From Ructibacterium sp. (GTDB lineage: Bacteria > Bacillota > Clostridia > Monoglobales > Monoglobaceae): 64,000 nt of DNA. Shown here piece by piece: positions 30,990 through 39,972 of this stretch; position 1 is the stretch's first letter, and each line of letters begins with the position of its first letter. Where the stretch lies: NCBI GenBank assembly GCA_045578365.1, contig JAZNKC010000033.1, forward strand, positions 3,009 to 67,008, in the 5' to 3' direction. The notes below the pieces were generated by a model that saw only the letters and a program-made list of their open reading frames with translations, ran no database searches and was not told the origin of the DNA. Both the position numbers and the translations under genes were made by a program.

Positions 30990-31697
30990 TCACGGGGAAA
31001 CGCAGATTATACCTCCCAAATCCTGCAGAGGTTCCGGTGACAAGGCGATGTGCTTTCTTCCACTTCCTTTTGTTTCTTGCTTCAAAGATGCAAAGTAAGA
31101 GCATTTTTCGGGATTTCCATACCAAAACAACTGTTTGGTATCACCGCCACAAGCGCCACCAATAAAACCATAAGGGAACCCTTCTAAAGAAACCTCCCCT
31201 TTGGAAACTAAAATGGACTTGATTGGAATTTTGTTTGCAATAATTGTATTATGTATACCAATATCCTCTGTCGCAATGGTGTGTTCATCAAGAACCGCAA
31301 TATTGCATTTGCTGTACCCTTGATTGATATGTATGATAGAAAAATTGACTCCTTGATAATAATCGAGGAGTTTTTTGTCGGTATATTGGGTGTTGCAGAA
31401 AATATATCTGCCCACTTTTGCTACATTATATGCAGAATCTCCCGGATAGGTGTCTGTCAGGTTTTTTTCGCCGCAAATTAACTTGACGGTAGCCGGAAGC
31501 TGTTTGCGATAATACGTATAGCAGTCCGGTGGTGTAATGGCAAGATTGTTATCAAGAGAGTGAATCTGAATGTCCGGATGGGTAGAAATTGCACTTTTGA
31601 TGTTTGGGTAAGACATGCTAAAGACAATTTGATGCCCGCACGACTTCAAAGTGTCACACATTTCTTTTGATGCCTTGGGATTAACGACAAGAATCAT
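30990..31697 (-). CDS. DUF6873-like hypothetical protein
   Basis: HPDIQI, YPGDSAYN, NQGYSKC, GFPYGFIGGA; usual neighbour of ytxC. Confidence 0.7.
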   Translation of the reverse strand: MILVVNPKASKEMCDTLKSCGHQIVFSMSYPNIKSAISTHPDIQIHSLDNNLAITPPDCYTYYRKQLPATVKLICGEKNLTDTYPGDSAYNVAKVGRYIFCNTQYTDKKLLDYYQGVNFSIIHINQGYSKCNIAVLDEHTIATEDIGIHNTIIANKIPIKSILVSKGEVSLEGFPYGFIGGACGGDTKQLFWYGNPEKCSYFASLKQETKGSGRKHIALSPEPLQDLGGIICVSP

Positions 31698-31710
31698 ATT
31701 TTCTCCTTTG

Positions 31711-31739
31711 GTATGATATTTACGATTTTAGTCAAACTA
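31711..31739 (+). promoter_or_regulatory. Putative sigma-G-type promoter
   Basis: GTATG-17 nt-CAAACTA, matching GHATR..CAWWHTA. Confidence 0.4.
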
Positions 31740-31773
31740 AGACTAGAATTTGCGAAAGGTCAGGTATTCAACT

Positions 31774-31941
31774 ATGTCAACGGTATTCTGTTCCGAGAGG
31801 AATTGCGCTTATCAAAAAGAAGGTCGCTGTAATCTTAATGGAATCAAGACCCAATCGGTAAAGCACCCTTCCTCCTCCGGTTGCTTTTATTATCGCAACA
31901 AAGCTATTTCGCCTGTAAAAACCGAAGGGCAGAACTCGTAA
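31774..31941 (+). CDS. Small Cys-rich hypothetical protein (55 aa)
   Basis: MSTVFCSERNCAYQKEGRCNL..GCFYY; GAAAGG RBS-like; overlaps the convergent amidohydrolase end. Confidence 0.55.
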   Translation: MSTVFCSERNCAYQKEGRCNLNGIKTQSVKHPSSSGCFYYRNKAISPVKTEGQNS

Positions 31942-33076
31942 AAACAGATAGTCCGCAAAGCAGAGCGCTCTCGTCAATATCAAACAAGGAATTGTGAATA
32001 GGCGCAACAATGCCTTTATCTTCATTTCGGCACCCAAGTTTGAACAGTGCAGACGGGCATTTAAGAGAAAAATAGGCAAAATCCTCCCCTGCCATAGTTG
32101 GAACGCCACCCTGGATACAAGCTTCTTCTCCGAGGCACCATATGGTGCTTTTTGCAATCAAGTCGGCGATGGTTTCATCATTCACCAGCGGCGGAAAAAG
32201 TTTTTCAAACTCATATTCATAATCTGCACCATAAGCATCACAAACAGATCGAACCACGCCCTCGATATTTTCTTCTAAGAATGTACGGGTATCACAATCC
32301 AAGGAACGAGCAGTTCCGGATAGAGAAACTGTATCAGGGATTACATTAGTGGCATCTCCTGCGTGAATGGTAGCCACGGTAACCACTGCGTTTTTCTCCT
32401 GTTTGGTAATAGATTGTAATTTAGAAATAATCTCTGCAGAAATCAAAATCGGATCAATAGCGTGTTGGGGCTCTGCTGCATGTCCGCCTTTTCCTTTGAT
32501 AGTAATATAGAAGTTGTCAGGGGAGGCATATAGCGACCCTTTTTTGATGCGAATACATCCAGCCGGAATATCGGAATCCACATGCAGGGCTATGCAGGCA
32601 TCCACCTTGGGATTTTCTAAAATTCCTGCATCAATCATAGGTTCTGCACCGCCATCGGTTTCCTCACCCGGTTGGAAGGCAAACTTGATTGTTCCGGAAA
32701 AGGAATCCCGCAGATGGTATAATAATTCGCAGGCGTTCAACAAAACAGCAGTATGGGCATCATGTCCACAGGCGTGCATCACTCCTGCATTTTCTGAACG
32801 ATAAGGAAAGCCATTTTTTTCTTCCACGGGAAGAGCGTCCATATCTGCACGGAGTAAAAGACATTTTCCGTCTTCTTTTCCCTTTACTTCTGCAAGAATG
32901 CCGGTTCCTGCAATCCCTTCCCGATAGGGAATCCCCAGAGAATCTAACCGCTTACAGATATAACGGGCAGTACCATATTCCTCGAAAGAAAGCTCCGGAT
33001 GCTGATGGAAATAGCGGCGATCCTGTATGAGCTGTTCCTCCATCTCCTTTGCCATAGAAAGAATTTTATCCTTCAT
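31904..33076 (-). CDS. M20D family amidohydrolase
   Basis: HQHPELSFEE, LRADMDALP, MHACGHD, FQPGEE, GGHAA, GEDFAYF. Confidence 0.92.
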   Translation of the reverse strand: MKDKILSMAKEMEEQLIQDRRYFHQHPELSFEEYGTARYICKRLDSLGIPYREGIAGTGILAEVKGKEDGKCLLLRADMDALPVEEKNGFPYRSENAGVMHACGHDAHTAVLLNACELLYHLRDSFSGTIKFAFQPGEETDGGAEPMIDAGILENPKVDACIALHVDSDIPAGCIRIKKGSLYASPDNFYITIKGKGGHAAEPQHAIDPILISAEIISKLQSITKQEKNAVVTVATIHAGDATNVIPDTVSLSGTARSLDCDTRTFLEENIEGVVRSVCDAYGADYEYEFEKLFPPLVNDETIADLIAKSTIWCLGEEACIQGGVPTMAGEDFAYFSLKCPSALFKLGCRNEDKGIVAPIHNSLFDIDESALLCGLSVFTSSALRFLQAK

Positions 33077-34949
33077 TCTCTTCACCTCTGTTATAATAAT
33101 CAAATACCTGTTTGGCAGCAGCTTTGCCAACCACCGCAGAAAGTTCCTCCAACGTTGCTTGCTTTAATCGTTCCGGTGTTACAAAGGTCATCAATAACTG
33201 TTTCCGCTTTGCGGGACCGATGCCGGGGATATCTTCTAATTCAGAATGCAGGGACGCATCCTCATGCTTTTTATGAAATCCGGAAATAGCAAATCGGTGA
33301 ACTTCATCCTGCATACAGGTCAAAAACCGGAACAAATTACCATCTTTGTCCAATGTAAATTCTTGATTTTCGTCGGTCAGGCCACGAGTCCGGTGCTTGT
33401 CATCCTTGACCAAACCAAAGACTGGCACTTCCTCTCCCAAGGTTTCCATCAAGAGTTTTACCGTGCTGACGTGCCCTCTTCCTCCGTCCAGCAATATCAG
33501 GTCGGGTAAGGGCAAAAACTTCGCCTTTTCGGCTTGCAAGGTTCCGTTTTGAATTGCATCCTCTTCCTCATAAGCACGCTTGAAACGGCGATAAATGACC
33601 TCGCGCATACTCTCGTAATCGTTGGCGCCTTCTACGGTTTTGATATGGAATCTTCGATAGTCTTTTTTGGATTCCTTTGCATTTTGATAAACCACACAAG
33701 CGCCCACACTCTGGGCGCCGGATATATTGGAAATATCATAGCTCTCTATTCGGAAAGGTGGGTTTTCAAGTCCCAGCACATGCATTAACTCTGCCAGAAT
33801 ATCATTCTGGCGCAGACGCTCTCTATCCCTTTTAAACCGGTGTTTTTGCAAGGATTCCTCTGCGTTTTTGTTTACCATCTCAAGCATGGTTGCCTTTTGC
33901 CCGCGTTTGGGAATATGCAGTGAAACCTTATGTCCAGTCTTTGTTTTCAGCCACGCTTCTACTTCTTCTATATCATCAAAGGTATCAGGAATCAAAATTT
34001 CCTTAGGTATCATAGTAGCGTGAAAATAATACTGTTTGATAAAGCCGGACAAGAGTTCAGGGATGCTCTCCTCTTCATTTTCAAAAACAAAATACTCGGA
34101 GCCGGAAATCTTTCCTCCGCGCATATAAAATACCTGCATACAGGTTTCTTCTTCATCCCGATAGATACCGATAATATCCCGATTATCCTCTTCCACCGAC
34201 AGCATTTTTTGCTTTTCACCCAGAATCTTCAGGCTTTCAATCTTGTCCCGATAGCGCGCCGCCCGCTCAAACTCCAAAGTCTCTGACGCTTCAAGCATCT
34301 TTTGTGTCAGAAGTTGAAGGATTGATTGATATTTTCCATCCAGAACATCGGCAATCTGGTCAAAAACCTCCCGATACTCCTCTTTGGAAATTTGTTCTGC
34401 GCAGGGCGCAGAGCATTGTTGGATGTGATAATATAAGCAGGGTCTTCCTTTGCCGATTTCCTCCGGCAATTTTTTATTACAGCTTCTTACTCGAAAGATT
34501 TTTTTAATGGTTTCCAGTGTTTCCTTTACCATATAGGCGCTCATATACGGACCAAAGTATTTTGCACCGTCCTTGCTGACCTTGCGGGTCATATAAATTC
34601 TTGGAAATTCCTCCTGGGTGGTAATTTTGATGTAGGGATATTGTTTGTCATCCTTAAGCAGAATGTTGTATTTGGGGCGATATTTTTTGATGAGATTGCA
34701 TTCCAGAACCAAAGCTTCTACTTCCGTATCGGTAATCATATAGTCAAAATCCGCAATCATTGAAACCATCGCCATGGTTTTGGGCGAATGATTTTTGGAG
34801 TGCATAAAGTATTGACTGACACGATTTTTCAGGAGTTTGCTCTTTCCTACATAGATAATCTCACCGGTTGCATCCTTCATCAAATACACACCGGGGCAAA
34901 GGGGTAAATTTTTCAGTTTTTGTTTTAATGTTGCTTCATCGAATTTCAT
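33066..34949 (-). CDS. uvrC: Excinuclease ABC subunit C
   Basis: PGVYLMKD..IYVGKS GIY-YIG, FERAARYRD, RIESYDISN, DGGRGH, HhH tail. Confidence 0.97.
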   Translation of the reverse strand: MKFDEATLKQKLKNLPLCPGVYLMKDATGEIIYVGKSKLLKNRVSQYFMHSKNHSPKTMAMVSMIADFDYMITDTEVEALVLECNLIKKYRPKYNILLKDDKQYPYIKITTQEEFPRIYMTRKVSKDGAKYFGPYMSAYMVKETLETIKKIFRVRSCNKKLPEEIGKGRPCLYYHIQQCSAPCAEQISKEEYREVFDQIADVLDGKYQSILQLLTQKMLEASETLEFERAARYRDKIESLKILGEKQKMLSVEEDNRDIIGIYRDEEETCMQVFYMRGGKISGSEYFVFENEEESIPELLSGFIKQYYFHATMIPKEILIPDTFDDIEEVEAWLKTKTGHKVSLHIPKRGQKATMLEMVNKNAEESLQKHRFKRDRERLRQNDILAELMHVLGLENPPFRIESYDISNISGAQSVGACVVYQNAKESKKDYRRFHIKTVEGANDYESMREVIYRRFKRAYEEEDAIQNGTLQAEKAKFLPLPDLILLDGGRGHVSTVKLLMETLGEEVPVFGLVKDDKHRTRGLTDENQEFTLDKDGNLFRFLTCMQDEVHRFAISGFHKKHEDASLHSELEDIPGIGPAKRKQLLMTFVTPERLKQATLEELSAVVGKAAAKQVFDYYNRGEENEG

Positions 34950-35047
34950 CAACCACCCCTGCCTTTCGTAAAAAAAGAGCATACTGCATTTTCACTTTTC
35001 AGCGAAAAGACAGTCTGCTCTTTTCAAGTCTATGTTTGTCCTATATT

Positions 35048-35308
35048 TTACGCAAAATTAGAAGATACCAAATCTACCAAAGCGGTAACTGCTTCTTCTT
35101 CGTCGCTGCCCTCAGCAATAATGGTAATGCTGAGTCCTTTGGTGATGCCCAAAGACAACACACCAAGCAGACTTTTTGCATTCACACGGCGACTGTCGCG
35201 CTCAACCCAAATGCTGGATTTGAATTCGTTTGCTTTTTGAATAAAGAATGTTGCGGGTCTTGCGTGGAGACCGATTTGATTTTGAATTACAACTTCTTTC
35301 ATATACAT
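35048..35308 (-). CDS. ptsH: Phosphocarrier protein HPr
   Basis: GLHARPA (His15), VNAKSLLGVLSLG (Ser46). Confidence 0.93.
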   Translation of the reverse strand: MYMKEVVIQNQIGLHARPATFFIQKANEFKSSIWVERDSRRVNAKSLLGVLSLGITKGLSITIIAEGSDEEEAVTALVDLVSSNFA

Positions 35309-35441
35309 ACTAATACCCGCTCCTTTAATTCCTAAATACTACAAAATATCGATAATTACTATTATATTACTAAAAATCAAAAAATAAGTCAATGGCTATT
35401 TTTATGTTTTTACTATGATTTTTCAGTTATTTTTAGTCATA

Positions 35442-36329
35442 TTAAACAATTTTATGCATTTGAAGCCATTGTTTGGTTTCAGCAGGAATTGCTTCCTTGT
35501 GAGCAACCACAAATGCACTGACTTTTGCTGCCGTTTCCAAACACTCCTGAATGGTTTTCTCGCGAAAATAAGCCGCCAAAAAAGTTGCACCAAAACTGTC
35601 GCCCGCACCCACCGTGGATACTACTTCTGTGGGTTCCGCATCACAAGAATAAAGGATTTTCTTCTCGCAATCGTAGCAACAAGCTCCTTCTTCTCCTCTG
35701 GTAACAAGAATCAATTTTATCTGCTTAAAAGTATCGGCAATACAAGGAATCGCTTCTTGAAAGTCCAGTTCTTTTTCGAAAATCGCCATTGTGACAATGG
35801 GTAATTCTTCATCGCTGACCTTCAGGATGGTTGCATTCTTAAGACAGAACAAAATGCTCTCTTTGGAATAAAAAGGTGCTCGAATGTTCAGATCGCTATA
35901 AATCTGCGAACAATACGCATCGTCTATCATTTTCTGAATGGTTTCCCGATTGTATTCTTCCCGTAAAGCCAAGGTTCCAAACGCCAGGACATCAAAAGTT
36001 TCGCCTTTCGTAATGTTGGGGGTCGGAATAAAATCATAGGCAACATCCGTCAAAAGATTGTACGAGGGAATCCCATTCGCATCCAAAGTAACCATACATC
36101 TTCCGGTATCCTTTTGGGGATGATGATAGATATATTCAGAATGAACGCCAAACGTTTCTACCTCAGCACACGCCCTTTCGCCTAATGCATCCTGACCTAC
36201 TGCAGAAACGATCCACGCATCACAACCTTGCAATACCGCGTGAGCTGCAAGGTTTAAGGGGGCGCCGCCAAGGTGCTCAGATGCGGGATAAACATCCCAT
36301 AAAATTTCACCAAAGGATAAAAGCTTCAT
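35442..36329 (-). CDS. PfkB family carbohydrate kinase (fructokinase-like)
   Basis: FGEILWD, GGAPLN, DLNIR, STVGAGDSF. Confidence 0.9.
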   Translation of the reverse strand: MKLLSFGEILWDVYPASEHLGGAPLNLAAHAVLQGCDAWIVSAVGQDALGERACAEVETFGVHSEYIYHHPQKDTGRCMVTLDANGIPSYNLLTDVAYDFIPTPNITKGETFDVLAFGTLALREEYNRETIQKMIDDAYCSQIYSDLNIRAPFYSKESILFCLKNATILKVSDEELPIVTMAIFEKELDFQEAIPCIADTFKQIKLILVTRGEEGACCYDCEKKILYSCDAEPTEVVSTVGAGDSFGATFLAAYFREKTIQECLETAAKVSAFVVAHKEAIPAETKQWLQMHKIV

Positions 36330-36421
36330 TCTTTTTACCTCCCGTTTTTCATAACGGTATCATATCATAACGCCAAAGATTTTGCAAGAAAAAACGGCTT
36401 GCATTAGCAAGCCGTTATATT

Positions 36422-36692
36422 TTAACCAAACAGAACAGAGTTGATGATGCTGTTTAAGTATTCCTGTCTGCCACTCTTGGGTTCTTTGGTGCTACCCAAT
36501 TTTTCAGCGTAAGCAGCCAGTTCTTCCAGAGAAGTTTGGTCGCTTAAAATCTTTTGACCGATTTCACTTTCAAAGCTCTGGTATTTTTCTTTGACAAAAG
36601 CATCCAGTCTGCCATCCTCAATGATTTTTGCTGCATTGATCAAGCCCAGTGCATAGGTGTCCATTGCCATAATGAAAGCGTGGAATATATCC
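36422..36692 (-). pseudogene. xylA: Xylose isomerase 3' remnant (last ~89 codons)
   Basis: DIFHAFIMAMDTYALGL..IEDGRLDAFVKEKY..IGQKI..SGRQEYLNSIINSVLF matches the class II XylA C-terminus; catalytic barrel missing. Confidence 0.8.
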
Positions 36693-37349
36693 TTAATTGT
36701 CTGCAATTCAGGGGAAATGGATGTCACGATTGACAGCAGTATCTACCAAATCAAAAAGGGCGAGGCAGTCCTTGTGTTTCCCCATCAGCTACACGCGCTT
36801 TCCAGTAATGAGAGCGAGCATACTCTGTGCATTTTTTCGCCGGAGCTGGTCAAAGCATACATCAACAAATACGCATCGCGCGTACCCAAAAACAGTAAGT
36901 TTTTGTTGAATCAATACCTCTTTGAAACCTTGCAATCCATCGACGAGGGATGTTCTTCCTTTGAAAAGAAAGGTTTTTTGTATTCCCTGTGTGCAGAATT
37001 TGACAAAACAACCGATTACAGGGAAAAAACAAAGAGTCAGGAACATTTGCTTTATAAAATTTTTGATTTTGTAGAGCTTCATTATCACGATGACTGTTCC
37101 CTGGATATTCTGGCAGAAAAAATCGGGTATAGCTATTCTTATCTTTCCCGTTATTTTAAGCGGATGACAGATATGTCTTTCAATGAGTATGTGAATCAGT
37201 ACCGAATCAGCAAAGCTTGCCATATTTTGACCAATTCTTCCTCCTCGGTCTTGCAATGCGCTTATGAAACAGGCTATAATTCCCTCCGCAGTTTTAATCG
37301 AAATTTTAAGCTCTATACCAATATGACCCCCAACCAATACCGCAAATAA
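36693..37349 (+). pseudogene. AraC family regulator, 5'-truncated
   Basis: Begins mid-cupin (LIVCNSGEMDVT..VFPHQLH); intact double HTH (YSYSYLSRYFK, GYNSLRSFNRNFK); upstream codons are antisense xylA. Confidence 0.75.
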
Positions 37350-37375
37350 AAACGCTCATCCGAGGATGAGCGTTT
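37350..37375. terminator. Bidirectional terminator (araC / spoIVB)
   Basis: AAACGCTCATCC-GA-GGATGAGCGTTT. Confidence 0.75.
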
Positions 37376-37387
37376 GTTATACGTTTC

Positions 37388-38413
37388 TTATTGCTTTTCT
37401 GCTTCAGCCAGCATGTTTTCGATAAATATACCATACCCACGAGTTGGATCATTCACGAATACATGTGTCACAGCTCCCACAATTCGGCCATTTTGCAGTA
37501 TGGGCGAACCTGACATTCCCTGCACAATTCCTCCGGTTTTGCTCAAAAGCCTCTCGTCGGTTATTTTGATAATCATTCCCTTGGTGCTCTCGGTATCTTT
37601 GTTGATTTTTTGAATTTCCACAGAAAATTTTTCTACTTTCTCTTCCTCTACATTTGCCCAAATTTCTGCTGTTCCCTCTGTTACCTCTTCCCTTTTTGCA
37701 ACAGGAATCGGGGAGGTAGATATCATTCTAACTTCCTCTTTTTCTATCGTTCCTTTCAGTCCAACCGTGCTATTGCTTTGGACATCGCCGATCTTCCCTT
37801 TTCCCTCTGAAAAAACCGCGATCAGTTCACCAGGATTTCCCTTTCCGCCTTTTTGAACTGAAACCACATTGGCTTTCCACAAATCTCCGCCTGTAATGGA
37901 AAGTACTTCTTCTGTTGCATCAGAAATCCCGTGTCCTAATGCGCCAAAAGCTCCGGTTTCAGGGTTACAATAGGTGATGGTTCCGATTCCGGATGCGGCA
38001 TCCTTGATCCAGACGCCGATGCGATAATGTCCATCCTTATTAGAAAGTTCCGGTTTTACCTTACAGGAATCCGTCTTTCCGTTTCGGCGAAAAACGATAT
38101 TAATTACATTTTCTCCACGGTTGTTCACCACTTCTTCCAATTGTTTGGCGGATGCGATTTCCATGCCGTCAATGCTTTCAATGCGGTCACCGCTACGCAG
38201 TCCTGCATCTTTTGCAGGCGTATGCCGGTTGTTTTCATAATCCTCAACATCGGTGGTATCCACAATGGTTACACCTTTCATATCGAGTGTGACCCCAATG
38301 GTTTGTCCCATAGGAATCAAAAAAACTTCCTCGGCATATGCGGGAAAGTTGAAAAAAGAAAAAAACAGGGTCAAGAGCAGAAAACGAACACTCTTTTTCC
38401 TCAACTGATTCAT
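37388..38413 (-). CDS. spoIVB: Stage IV sporulation peptidase SpoIVB
   Basis: Signal peptide, PDZ, GIGTITY, GALGHGI, GGIVQGMSGSPILQNG, GAVTHVFVNDPTRGYG. Confidence 0.93.
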   Translation of the reverse strand: MNQLRKKSVRFLLLTLFFSFFNFPAYAEEVFLIPMGQTIGVTLDMKGVTIVDTTDVEDYENNRHTPAKDAGLRSGDRIESIDGMEIASAKQLEEVVNNRGENVINIVFRRNGKTDSCKVKPELSNKDGHYRIGVWIKDAASGIGTITYCNPETGAFGALGHGISDATEEVLSITGGDLWKANVVSVQKGGKGNPGELIAVFSEGKGKIGDVQSNSTVGLKGTIEKEEVRMISTSPIPVAKREEVTEGTAEIWANVEEEKVEKFSVEIQKINKDTESTKGMIIKITDERLLSKTGGIVQGMSGSPILQNGRIVGAVTHVFVNDPTRGYGIFIENMLAEAEKQ

Positions 38414-38514
38414 ACTTCAACCTCACAGAGAGGAGAATTTCCTCTCATTCATAGTATGAAACAAAAATCGAGATTTACCCTGAAAGATTTTTATAAAACT
38501 TCTTAAATATGTAA

Positions 38515-38534
38515 GGTCGGTCCTTGGACCGACC
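38515..38534 (-). terminator. Hairpin terminator after the poly-Asn ORF
   Basis: GGTCGGTCC-TT-GGACCGACC perfect inverted repeat 13 nt past the stop, weak U-tract. Confidence 0.6.
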
Positions 38535-38547
38535 CCAAAACATCCAA

Positions 38548-38676
38548 TTAGTCTCTGTTCTGGTTGTTGTTCTTATTTTTGTTGTTGCTGTTGCTGTTAT
38601 TATTGTTGTTCTGGTTGTTGTTATTGTTATTATTGTTTTTGTTCTGGTTGTTATTGTTATTTTGATTGTTAGACAT
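38548..38676 (-). CDS. 42-aa Asn-rich small protein, absent from ORF track
   Basis: AGGAGG RBS, ATG 38676, MSNNQNNNNNQNKNNNNNNNNQNNNNNSNSNNKNKNNNQNRD*, mixed AAC/AAT codons. Confidence 0.8.
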   Translation of the reverse strand: MSNNQNNNNNQNKNNNNNNNNQNNNNNSNSNNKNKNNNQNRD

Positions 38677-38736
38677 AGTTTGTCCCTCCTGAAAAATTTT
38701 TTAATTTTATCTTTATCCTTTTCCTTGGTACACCTT

Positions 38737-38765
38737 TATTTTGTTCTGAAATTATAAAAATATAC
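38737..38765 (-). promoter_or_regulatory. sigma-G-type promoter of the Asn-rich ORF
   Basis: Minus strand GTATA-17 nt-CAAAATA. Confidence 0.6.
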
Positions 38766-38820
38766 AAAAAATTGTTACTTTTTTGAGATGATGAATAGAA
38801 TGTTGATAAGAGGTGTTATT

Positions 38821-39267
38821 ATGAATATCAATTCTATTAAAAATAGTACTGTCGAGAAAGCAGATACCAATTCCTTTGAAGGCATTGTAGTTCCACCTGG
38901 ATGTGACCATAAGATTTTGCGGGATTCCGGCGAACCTGTCCGCACCTATACGCCTGCATCCTATGATTCGGAAAGCTATGCAAATAACCAGAGGCGCATG
39001 CATATGATGAGCGGAAAATGCGACTTGATTTCTGTTCCGCAATCTCCATTGCCATCTGCAAGACGAAGTATGGCTGATTATTTACAAAAATTTCAAGGTG
39101 CGCATCTATGTCTGGATCTGTGGACGTCTTCCCGCCAAAAGATCAAACGCTGTGGCATTTTATTGGAAATCGGACAGGATTTTTTGGTTATGGGCGATGC
39201 CGGGAGCGGGAAAATCAGCCTGATTGACTTAAAACCTATCTGCTATATCAATATTTATTGCAGATAA
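38821..39267 (+). CDS. Hypothetical protein, probably spore-associated (small beta-rich C-terminal domain)
   Basis: GAGGTG RBS; YLQKFQG..GILLEIGQDFLVM..LIDLKPICYINIY resembles clostridial spore-coat-type hypotheticals. Confidence 0.55.
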   Translation: MNINSIKNSTVEKADTNSFEGIVVPPGCDHKILRDSGEPVRTYTPASYDSESYANNQRRMHMMSGKCDLISVPQSPLPSARRSMADYLQKFQGAHLCLDLWTSSRQKIKRCGILLEIGQDFLVMGDAGSGKISLIDLKPICYINIYCR

Positions 39268-39360
39268 AATCTCTTTTTTGTAATTTTCTGTTGCTTTTTC
39301 AATCGTGATTCGTTATAATAAACGATGTATGATTAAAAATGTTTGAAACAAGGGAGAATT

Positions 39361-39972
39361 ATGAAACAGGGGAAATTTATTGTTATGGAAGGACTGGATG
39401 GCTGCGGAAAAAGCACCCAGATTCAGCGTTTGGCAGAAACCTTACGTCAGCGTGGCGAAAAGGTGTTTATTACCGCAGAGCCTACAGATTTTGAAACAGG
39501 TGCTTATCTTAGGAGAATTTTATCCGAAAGCCAGGAGAAAAATATGTATCTCCAGGCAGCACTTTTTCTTGCTGACCGGTTGGAACATATTACCCATCCG
39601 GAATTTGGAATTAAACGCTATCTTGATGAGGGATATACTGTCATCTGCGATCGTTATTATTATTCCTCCTTTGCCTATCAGGGGACAGCAACCGATATCG
39701 ATTGGGTGATGGATACCAACCTTAAGTGTAAGGAAATCCTGACTCCTGATTTGTGTATTTTTTTGGATGTCAATCCAGACACCTGCAAAGAGCGCATTGA
39801 CCGTGTCCGTGAAAAACCGGAGCTTTATGAAAAGAACATCGATTTGATGCGCCAGATTCGTCAAAACTTCCTCTCTGTTTTAGAAAAACTAACCCCCGAA
39901 CAAAACATCGTTATCATTGATGCAAATCGCACCCTTGAAGATGTAGAAAAGGAGATTTTACAATATGTATAA
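39361..39972 (+). CDS. tmk: Thymidylate kinase
   Basis: [34 protein letters not shown]; upstream TTGCTT-17-TATAAT. Confidence 0.95.
   Translation: MKQGKFIVMEGLDGCGKSTQIQRLAETLRQRGEKVFITAEPTDFETGAYLRRILSESQEKNMYLQAALFLADRLEHITHPEFGIKRYLDEGYTVICDRYYYSSFAYQGTATDIDWVMDTNLKCKEILTPDLCIFLDVNPDTCKERIDRVREKPELYEKNIDLMRQIRQNFLSVLEKLTPEQNIVIIDANRTLEDVEKEILQYV

Noticed and set aside
36657-36727. ORF-track starts for the AraC gene (36657) and xylA fragment (36727)
   Set aside because: Each start lies in the antisense strand of the other remnant across the deletion junction, so they are not native starts.
38548-38676. CRISPR array or contingency microsatellite
   Set aside because: No repeat-spacer structure; the trinucleotide pattern is impure and codon-structured.
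38524-38757. 77-aa Val/Ile-rich plus-strand ORF that looks like a membrane peptide
   Set aside because: It is the antisense shadow of the Asn codons; RBS, ATG, promoter and terminator all fit the minus strand.
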